A DNA stretch of 64,000 nucleotides from an uncultured bacterium (GTDB lineage Bacteria; Bipolaricaulota; Bipolaricaulia; UBA7950; UBA9294): positions 23,588 through 87,587 of the forward strand of contig CAIOGO010000018.1 of NCBI GenBank assembly GCA_903857865.1, written 5' to 3'. Every line of letters begins with the position of its first letter. The first letter of the stretch is position 1. Made by a program: the position numbers and the translations under genes. A model generated the notes under the pieces. The model was not told the DNA's origin. It ran no database searches and worked only from the letters and a program-made list of their open reading frames with translations. Positions 47,122 through 54,562 of this stretch are shown one piece after another.

Positions 47122-47385
47122 TGGCACCGAAGCCAACGGCTCTGCGGAGTAGAAGCAGCAGAAGGCGGCGAGGGAACAGCCATGAGGCCCAGAAGTGCCC
47201 CATCGGAGAACGTGCACGCGCGGAGGATACGCGACGGCGCCCCCCGCCCCCTCCCGCGCGCTGGGGGAAGTCCAGTCCGTAGGTCGCCGATCCAGCGGGC
47301 GCCGCAGCCACCCAAAGAAGAGCGGCCCCCAGCTGGAGTGCACTCCAAACGAGCTCCGGGTGTCCCTGCGACCGTCAGAGCCCCA

Positions 47386-47802
47386 TCATTGAAGGGGCGA
47401 TGAGCAGGCGGGTCCCAATGCGCAAGCGGCGACCGCGTTTCGTAGGGCCAACTCCTGCGGCCTGCCCTCACCGACAATTGCTTTGTCGCAAACCAGAATG
47501 ACAGGCACATCGATGGGTGACTGCAGACGGTAGCGGATCGCAAGCTTCTGAAGCAGGCTCTGCCCCGTGGAGCTCTTGAAGTCATAGTAGCGCACTGTAA
47601 GGCCGGGGGACTCGTCAAGAAGCGTTTCAAGAACTTCCTTCATTCGGGTGCAATGGCTGCAGTCCTCCATGTAGAAGAAAACGACTGCCGATCTCTCCGA
47701 TGTGCCAGGAGCCGTGCATCCCGCGAGGACAAGGACGAGTAGGGCGGCCAGACAGCAGCCCTGTAGTTCGCGCGCTCGGCGCACTCCCTGCGATGTGTTC
47801 AT
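47386..47802 (-). CDS. Thioredoxin/glutaredoxin-like lipoprotein (CSHC)
   Basis: Start re-called at MNTSQG… with RBS GAGAGGAG. Lipobox LVLAGCT. FFYMEDCSHCTRMK redox motif. The longer track ORF N-terminus is spurious. Confidence 0.65.
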   Translation of the reverse strand: MNTSQGVRRARELQGCCLAALLVLVLAGCTAPGTSERSAVVFFYMEDCSHCTRMKEVLETLLDESPGLTVRYYDFKSSTGQSLLQKLAIRYRLQSPIDVPVILVCDKAIVGEGRPQELALRNAVAACALGPACSSPLQ

Positions 47803-48031
47803 GAGGTCTCCTCTCGGCAGGCCCAGAAGCTGGTCTGCATCAGCGCCGGCAGCCGCACCGCCCCGTCGGCCCGCACACATCCTGTGGGGCGGCGCCGCGT
47901 CGTCGGCGCGGCACGCGGGCGAAGCAACATGGGTCCTGGGGCGTGCAAGACGGGGGCGGGGGTACGTGGAGGTTGCCATGGGGGCTGATTGTGGTACTAT
48001 TCGCGCGAACATGCAAATAGACGATGAGAAG

Positions 48032-48448
48032 ATGGGGACAGACTATGTGGCGTTGGCCGCGGCTCTTGGCGCGCTGGGGGAGCCAACTCGTCTACGGCTC
48101 TTGGCCTTGTTGATGACCTTCAACGAGCCGCTGTGCGTCTGCGAGCTGTCCTCCGGCCTTGGCCTTCCCGACTATCAGACGTCGCGGCACCTCGCTGCCT
48201 TGAGGCGCGCTGGTCTCGTTGCCTACAGCCGTCAAGGTCTCTGGGCCTATTACCGTCCAACCGACAACCCTCACGTTCGATTCCTGCGCAACGTCCTTTG
48301 CACAGATTCGGAGGACGTGGCGCGCATGCAGTCTAGGTTGCAGCAACGAGTTGCAGGTCGCTGCGTCGTCGGTCCGGCTTGTGCGGCGGCTGAGAAAGAG
48401 CGGGGGCAGATAAGTCCGCTTGCCGCAACGTGCGGATCGAGGAAGTGA
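48032..48448 (+). CDS. arsR: ArsR-family arsenic-responsive repressor (type 1 site, LCVCEL)
   Basis: HTH with the As(III)-binding motif EPLCVCELS (compare ELCVCDL), plus a Cys-rich C-terminal tail. An alternative start is at 48011. Confidence 0.8.
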   Translation: MGTDYVALAAALGALGEPTRLRLLALLMTFNEPLCVCELSSGLGLPDYQTSRHLAALRRAGLVAYSRQGLWAYYRPTDNPHVRFLRNVLCTDSEDVARMQSRLQQRVAGRCVVGPACAAAEKERGQISPLAATCGSRK

Positions 48449-48558
48449 TCGAAGAGAAGAACAAGGTGTCCGAGGACAGGAATCAAGGCCAGCGGCCTTC
48501 CTGAGGAACTGCGCTGGCCATCGCCTGATCGACGGCGAGACGTAAGAGGTGATGAGCA

Positions 48559-49572
48559 ATGCATGGTTTCGAGAAATACTTGCCAATATGGGTTGTCGTG
48601 TGTATGGGACTTGGCCTCCTCCTCTCCCAGACCGTGCCTGGGGTGGGTGAGACGATCGGTTCGTGGGAAGTGGGCGGCGTGTCGATTCCGATCGGAATCT
48701 GCCTCTTCCTGATGATGTACCCGGCGATGCTCAACCTGCAGGTCGCGGAGCTGCGGAAGCTGCGCAGGAACCCGAAGCCGATTCTTCTGACACTCTTCTC
48801 GAACTGGATCTTTGCTCCTCTCGTGCATGTGGGCCTGGCAACCCTCTTCCTTCGCGGAAACCCGCAGCTCATGGTCGCGGTCATCTTGCTCGGATCCAGC
48901 CCGTGCACGGCCATGGTGCTCGTGTGGGGAAAACTTGCGGGAGGCAACCAGGAGCAGAACGTCGTCAACACAAGCCTGAACACGATTGCGATCGTCTTCC
49001 TCTACGTGCCGGTAGTGTCGCTCTTGACGGGAATGCAGAACATTCCCATCGATCGGGTGATGCTCCTCATTTCCGGCGCGGTATTCATTGGTGCGCCCCT
49101 CGTGATCGGCATCGTGAGCAAACGCCTGCTCACCCGCGCCAAGGGTCTCGAATGGTTCGATCGAGTCTACCGCCCCTTTGTCGGCAAGGTGACGATCGTT
49201 GCCTTGCTTGTGACGCTCATCGTTCTGTTTGCGCTGAACGGTGATGTGCTGCTCCATCACTTCGACAAGCTCTTGCTCGTATCGATCCCGCTCCTGCTTG
49301 CCTTCCCGGTCGTCCTGGGATTCAACCTGCTCGCCACGCGCGTGCTCAAGTTCCGCTATCGCGAGGCGATTGTCTCAGTGCTCATCGGGTCGTCGAGCCA
49401 CTTTGAGATCGCGATTGCTTCGGCCATTGGCATGTATGGAGTGGGTTCGCTCGCCGCGCTCGGAACGACGATGGGTCTGTTCTGGGAGGTGCCCGTCATG
49501 CTCAGCGTTGTCTACATAGGGCGAGCCTTGGGGCGCCGGGGATTCTGGGGGGACCCAGTCGCTGCGAAGTAG
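48559..49572 (+). CDS. acr3: ACR3-family arsenite efflux transporter
   Basis: 10-TM BART-superfamily pattern. Conserved Cys in LGSSPCTAMV (Acr3 catalytic Cys region). 337 aa. Confidence 0.85.
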   Translation: MHGFEKYLPIWVVVCMGLGLLLSQTVPGVGETIGSWEVGGVSIPIGICLFLMMYPAMLNLQVAELRKLRRNPKPILLTLFSNWIFAPLVHVGLATLFLRGNPQLMVAVILLGSSPCTAMVLVWGKLAGGNQEQNVVNTSLNTIAIVFLYVPVVSLLTGMQNIPIDRVMLLISGAVFIGAPLVIGIVSKRLLTRAKGLEWFDRVYRPFVGKVTIVALLVTLIVLFALNGDVLLHHFDKLLLVSIPLLLAFPVVLGFNLLATRVLKFRYREAIVSVLIGSSSHFEIAIASAIGMYGVGSLAALGTTMGLFWEVPVMLSVVYIGRALGRRGFWGDPVAAK

Positions 49573-49830
49573 AGAGGGCTCGCATGTTCCGCCCTTGCGA
49601 TCAGGAACTTGGCGAGGCCGTGCCTGCCCAAGCGCTTTCGGGGCACGTCCGACGTCGGCGCGACAGTGAAGGAACTCGCCTGCATCATGGCGCTCACGTT
49701 CCGCGAGAGCGCCGGTGGCGGCGATGGCTGGCCCGGGCACGCTCGGCGACGTGAAGGAACTCATGGCCGGGAACCTTCGCTGCTGCCCGCGGTAAGATAC
49801 GTCGATGAGACGTGGATGAAAAGGAGAACC

Positions 49831-50892
49831 ATGAGACGAACCTTTGCTCTTCTCGCGCTGTCGCTTGTGTGGATGGGTGGGACGGCCGCCGCCGCTCCGC
49901 AGATCGCCGTGGACCTGCAGACGTACAACTACCCGGACACGGTCGAAGGGATCGCCGTGGTCCACACGTTCGTCCTGTCGAACGTCGGCGACCAGGAGCT
50001 TGTGATCACGGATGTGACGGTCGGCTGCCACTGCACAACGACCCAGTTGGCGACCGACCGCCTTCAGCCGGGGCAGAGCGTCGAGCTTCGTGCGGTGCTT
50101 GACACCAATGGGTTCTCCGGCCGCGTCGCGCGATATATCACGGTGGCATCGAACGACCCGGCCCATCCCACGATCCAGCTCAACCTGGCGGGCAACGTCG
50201 TCGATCGGCAGCCGTACCAGAAGCCGGTGAGCGATCTGTTCAACGAAGCGTATCTGCTCGTCGACGTTCGCGACGCGACGGCGTACGCCGCTGGGCACCT
50301 CCTCGGCGCTATGAGCATCCCGGCGAGCGAGGCTGCGTCTCGAGCGGCCGGCCTTCCTCCGAGCGCGTTGATCGTGATCTACGATCAGAACGGCTCAACG
50401 TCGACGTTGACGGCCGTGTCCCAAGCGTTCCACGGCGGCGGGCTGGCCAGCGTCTATGCGCTGCGCGGCGGGCTTGACTTGTGGCAGAAGACCTACAAAG
50501 CATCGTTTGTCGTCGCGGGCGGGACCGGCACGTGGGGCGCGTTTGTCGATGTGTCCGGCGCGCGCGCCTACTCCACCGGAACGCTGCAGAACTTCGATAT
50601 CAGCCAGCTCAAGAGTTGGTACTGTGTCCTCATCGACCTGCGTTCGCCGTCTGCGTACGCTGCCGGGCACCTGGCGGGAGCCGTCAACGTGGATGAGTCC
50701 GGTGTAGCCGCGTTCCTCGGCACTCTTCCGAGCGATATCGACGTCATCCTCTACAGCGACGACGGATCGGCGAGCGACCGCATCGTCTACGGGATGTGGC
50801 AGCGCGGAAGCCGCGCGCAGAGTCTGCTTGGCGGGCTGGCCGAGTGGCAGAAGCAGTACGGCAACTTCCTTATTGTGTCGTCAGCTGGGTAG
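49831..50892 (+). CDS. Secreted DUF1573-domain protein fused to two rhodanese-like domains, both lacking the catalytic Cys
   Basis: Start re-called at MRRTFALLALS with SD AAAAGGAG. DUF1573 (…VHTFVLSNVGDQELVITDVTVGCHCTT…). Two rhodanese folds whose active-site positions read YDQNGST and YSDDGSA, with no Cys. Confidence 0.7.
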   Translation: MRRTFALLALSLVWMGGTAAAAPQIAVDLQTYNYPDTVEGIAVVHTFVLSNVGDQELVITDVTVGCHCTTTQLATDRLQPGQSVELRAVLDTNGFSGRVARYITVASNDPAHPTIQLNLAGNVVDRQPYQKPVSDLFNEAYLLVDVRDATAYAAGHLLGAMSIPASEAASRAAGLPPSALIVIYDQNGSTSTLTAVSQAFHGGGLASVYALRGGLDLWQKTYKASFVVAGGTGTWGAFVDVSGARAYSTGTLQNFDISQLKSWYCVLIDLRSPSAYAAGHLAGAVNVDESGVAAFLGTLPSDIDVILYSDDGSASDRIVYGMWQRGSRAQSLLGGLAEWQKQYGNFLIVSSAG

Positions 50893-50989
50893 GCGACGAC
50901 ACACCGTTGCACTCGGCCAGCTAATCGAGGCGATCTTCTCGCTCTGGCCGCTTGGCGCGGCCGGAGGCGTCTGCGCCGTTCTGTCCCTC

Positions 50990-52126
50990 CTACGGGGCCA
51001 GGACGGCGTGGGCCTTCCTGAGCCACGCGATGATCTCGATCCCTTGAGGGCAGGCGGACTCGCAGGCGCCGCACGCGACGCACCGATCGGCGCGATGCTC
51101 GGGCTTCATGAATCGCGCGTAGCCGACGCGCGACCGCGGTAGATCGTCGTACGCCGTCGCGTCGTTGTAGAGCGCAAACACGTGCGGGATGTCCACGCCT
51201 TGAGGACATGGTTGACAGTAGCGGCAGTTCGTACAGGGGATCGGGGCCAGAGTACGGTACGCGTCGCGGACGCGCTCGACGAGGCGGAGGTCGGCCTCGC
51301 GGAGGGATCCGATTCCCGAACGGTCGGCGCTCGCGAGGTTCTCCTCCACCTGCTCCATCGTCGACATCCCGGACAGGGCGAGTGACACGGCGGGGTCGCT
51401 CCACACCCATTGGAGTGCCCAATCGGCCTGCGAGCGCTTCGTCGGCGCGGAGTCCCACAGCTTGGCGACCTGGCGCGGCGCGGGGCGCGCCAGGGACCCG
51501 CCTCGCAGGGGTTCCATCACGATGACGGCGAGGCCTCGGGCGGCCGCGTAGCGGAGTCCCTCGCGTCCGGCCTGGAAGTCGGCGTCCACGAAGTTGTACT
51601 GGATTTGGCAGAGGCCCCAATCGTGGGCGTCGACGATCCCGCGGAAGGTCTCGACGTCGTCGTGGAACGAGAAACCGAACTGCCCGATTCGGCCGTCCCG
51701 TCGTACCCGCTCGGCCCACTCTCGCACCCCGAGGTCGCGCAACTTGGGCCAGCGCTCCTTGTCGAGAGCATGGAGGAGGTAGAAGTCGATCGTCTCGGTC
51801 TCGAGGCGGCGGAGTTGTTCGTCGAGGAAGCGGTCGAAGTCGTCGGGCGTCTCGACGAGCCACGAAGGCATCTTCGTCGCGAGGCGAGTGCGCTCGCGAT
51901 AGCCGTCTCGGAGGCAACGGCCGAGGAACCGCTCCGACTGCTCGCTGTGGTACGGCCACGCGGTGTCGACGTAGTTCACGCCGTGATCGATGGCCGCCCG
52001 AACCATGCGCGTCGCCAGATCTTCGTCGATCTTGCCATGGTCGCCGTCGATCGTCGGTAGGCGCATCGCCCCGAATCCGAGCGCCGAGGGCCGCCAGTCG
52101 AGCCGTCCGAATGAGCGGTACTGCAT
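50990..52126 (-). CDS. Aldo/keto reductase fused to a C-terminal 2x[4Fe-4S] ferredoxin-like domain
   Basis: AKR N-terminus (FGAMRLP…DTAWPY…) and C-terminal CTNCRYCQPCPQGV…CVACGACESACPQGI. Confidence 0.8.
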   Translation of the reverse strand: MQYRSFGRLDWRPSALGFGAMRLPTIDGDHGKIDEDLATRMVRAAIDHGVNYVDTAWPYHSEQSERFLGRCLRDGYRERTRLATKMPSWLVETPDDFDRFLDEQLRRLETETIDFYLLHALDKERWPKLRDLGVREWAERVRRDGRIGQFGFSFHDDVETFRGIVDAHDWGLCQIQYNFVDADFQAGREGLRYAAARGLAVIVMEPLRGGSLARPAPRQVAKLWDSAPTKRSQADWALQWVWSDPAVSLALSGMSTMEQVEENLASADRSGIGSLREADLRLVERVRDAYRTLAPIPCTNCRYCQPCPQGVDIPHVFALYNDATAYDDLPRSRVGYARFMKPEHRADRCVACGACESACPQGIEIIAWLRKAHAVLAP

Positions 52127-52232
52127 GGTCCGCTACCTCCCGGCGCATGGTCGGCGAACGCTGGGTCGCGATCAAGAGATGCGCCCCGGACAGGGCCGGG
52201 GCGCTCAACAGGGACCGTCCTGAAAATGGACT

Positions 52233-53186
52233 CTACAGCGGTCTCACGGGCTCGCAGATGTCGACGATCCACTTCTTCTGCGGGTGCGTGCCGCCGTCGT
52301 TCAGGTAAATCTCGTAGCACAGCCGGTCGTCCGGCTGGTAGCCGGTCTTCGGCATCCACTCGCCGATCAGCTTGTCCCACGCCTCGCCGAACTGGGTCAC
52401 GTCGATCTCGACGTGCGCCACGGCGAACAGGCCGCCGGGGATCTTCATCGTTCCGATCTCACCGTCGACCTTCGTTCCTGGCGGCACGGTCAGGCACGCG
52501 TCGGAGCGAAGCTTTAACGGGTCGGTGACCTCAGGGCTGTCGTGATAGACGGCCAGCGACTTCGTCTCCGGGAATCGCACGAGCCCGCGCGGCCCGGCCC
52601 ACTTGAACACGCGGTCGAAGGCCTCTCCGACTTTGTTGTACGCGCCGATGTGCCGCGCGTAGACGACGTTCCACTCCGGCATCTGTTTCACTTCCACGCT
52701 GAACTTCATCATCGTCCTCCTGGTGTCCGAGATGCCCGGAGTGTAGGGAGGCGGCGGGGTGAAGTCTTTCCCCTCCTTGCTTTCCGTTTGTCCGTTCTTG
52801 CTTTCGACTTGTCGGATCTTGCGTGCGGCGTCGCGCCCGCCGCGCCGGAACTTGGACGCGCTCGTCCCGAACGCTACACGGAACTCGCGAGCGAATGCTG
52901 ACGGAGACGAGTACCCACATTGCACCGCAATCTCGGTGATGGACTCCCTCGGGTTGTTGAGGAGGCGGGTCGCCGCCGTGGTGGCGCGGACGCGGCGGAT
53001 GAAGTCGTTCAGCGTCTCGCCGATGACGGCTCTAAACACGCGATGGAAGTGGAATGGCGAGAAGCTCGCGATCCGTGCCAGCGTCTCGAGGCGGAGATCG
53101 CCGGCCAGGTTGGCATGGACGTAGTCCATGACGCGGTTGACGCGCCCGACGTACTCCCGCCGTCGCAACTCCTCTTGGTCAATCAA
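52233..53186 (-). CDS. AraC-family transcriptional regulator with a GyrI-like effector-binding domain
   Basis: AraC HTH (…ESITEIAVQCGYSSPSAFAREFRVAFG…) plus a C-terminal GyrI-like domain (…YEIYLND…). Confidence 0.8.
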   Translation of the reverse strand: MIDQEELRRREYVGRVNRVMDYVHANLAGDLRLETLARIASFSPFHFHRVFRAVIGETLNDFIRRVRATTAATRLLNNPRESITEIAVQCGYSSPSAFAREFRVAFGTSASKFRRGGRDAARKIRQVESKNGQTESKEGKDFTPPPPYTPGISDTRRTMMKFSVEVKQMPEWNVVYARHIGAYNKVGEAFDRVFKWAGPRGLVRFPETKSLAVYHDSPEVTDPLKLRSDACLTVPPGTKVDGEIGTMKIPGGLFAVAHVEIDVTQFGEAWDKLIGEWMPKTGYQPDDRLCYEIYLNDGGTHPQKKWIVDICEPVRPL

Positions 53187-53195
53187 GGAGCTCTC

Positions 53196-53561
53196 CTACG
53201 TTCGACTCCACAAGCCGAGGCGATTGCCGACGTTGTCGAGGAAGAGGGCGAAGTACCCGAACTCGTCCGAGATCTTCGTCTTCCGGACAAGCGCGCGGCC
53301 GTCCATCCGCTCGATTCTTCCGAGCGCCGCGTCGATGTCGTCGACCTCGATGTAAAGAATCGGCCCCTTGTCGGACGGCGCGTCGGCGCGCGGCCCAGCA
53401 TCGAATCCCCCTTCCTGTCCGTCCGGCGTGGTGAACCTCGCGTAGGTGTCCCACCCTGGGGTGATCTTGAATTCCCAGCGGAAGATCTCTTCGTAGAAGC
53501 GTCGAGATGCCGCGAGGTCTCTCGTGTGGAGTTCGATGTGCGTGATGCCGCCGTGGCTCAT
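53196..53561 (-). CDS. VOC-family (glyoxalase/bleomycin-resistance fold) protein
   Basis: 121 aa. THIELHTRDLAASRRFYEEIF… and C-terminal …DEFGYFALFLDNVGNRLGLW. Confidence 0.75.
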   Translation of the reverse strand: MSHGGITHIELHTRDLAASRRFYEEIFRWEFKITPGWDTYARFTTPDGQEGGFDAGPRADAPSDKGPILYIEVDDIDAALGRIERMDGRALVRKTKISDEFGYFALFLDNVGNRLGLWSRT

Positions 53562-53715
53562 GAAGCCTCCTTGCCCGAGTCGAGCCCCCCATTATACGAG
53601 TCCGACGACGCCGTCCCGATGGAACCGCAATGTGCTCTCTGCCGGGCCTCATCTCTGCAAACGACAAGGCGCAGCTCGTTCGAGCTGCGCCTCCGTCTTC
53701 ACCTCCGCGCGTGTC

Positions 53716-54417
53716 CTACAACGCGAAGAGGTGGCCCTGGCCGTTCACCCGGTTCCACTCCGTGATTCCGCCCGTGAGGTTGAGGACGTTCGTGAGCCCC
53801 GCCTCGACGAGGATCGTGGCCGCCTGGGCGCTCCTCCCACCCACGAGGCAGTACAGAATGATCGGGACCTCGCGTGGAAGTCGAGGCAACCAGCTATCCA
53901 GGTTCTGCTGGAACTCCAAGAGCGGGATGTTCATCGCGCCGAAGAGGTGGCCGGTCGCGTACTCCTCCGCCGTGCGCACGTCGATCAGGAAGTAGAAGAC
54001 GAGCTTCAGGTCGCCGACCGAGATCTCCTGGATGACCGGGGCCGTCGACTCGGCGATCGTGACGACGATCTGAAAGACGGCGGTCGGATTGATGGGGTCA
54101 TTGGAGGTGACGCTCACGGTCCGAGTCACCGTTCCCCGGAACCCTGTCGTGTTCACCGTTGCCTGGAGGTCGACCGACTCCTCGGGCGCGAGCTCCCGCT
54201 TGGCCAACGCCGCCGTCGTGCATCCGCACGACGTGAACACGTCCGTGATCGTCAGCGTCTCGTCGCCAGCGTTCCTCAGCACGAACGTATGAGTGACGAG
54301 CGAGTTCGACTGTAGGGTGACGGAGTAGACAGGATTGTCCACGCTGATCATCGGCGCGGCGACGGCCGCGACTCCGAATAGCCCGCATGCCACAAGCAGA
54401 ACGACGAACCTCTTCAT
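53716..54417 (-). CDS. Secreted DUF1573-domain protein fused to a single rhodanese domain with an intact active-site Cys
   Basis: Start re-called at MKRFVVLLVACGLFG. DUF1573 (…THTFVLRNAGDETLTITDVFTSCGCTT…). Rhodanese active-site loop ILYCLVGGRS. Confidence 0.75.
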   Translation of the reverse strand: MKRFVVLLVACGLFGVAAVAAPMISVDNPVYSVTLQSNSLVTHTFVLRNAGDETLTITDVFTSCGCTTAALAKRELAPEESVDLQATVNTTGFRGTVTRTVSVTSNDPINPTAVFQIVVTIAESTAPVIQEISVGDLKLVFYFLIDVRTAEEYATGHLFGAMNIPLLEFQQNLDSWLPRLPREVPIILYCLVGGRSAQAATILVEAGLTNVLNLTGGITEWNRVNGQGHLFAL

Positions 54418-54562
54418 CGAAGACCTCCGTTGCACTTCCATCCGTCCGTCCTTGGACGAGGTACGTACCCGCATGGGAGGCATTAGTGTACTCCGAGGCC
54501 CGATTTACGCACGCTCGGGACGGAAGGGCCGGTCTCGGACTTGCCTGGCAAGCGAGTGGTCG

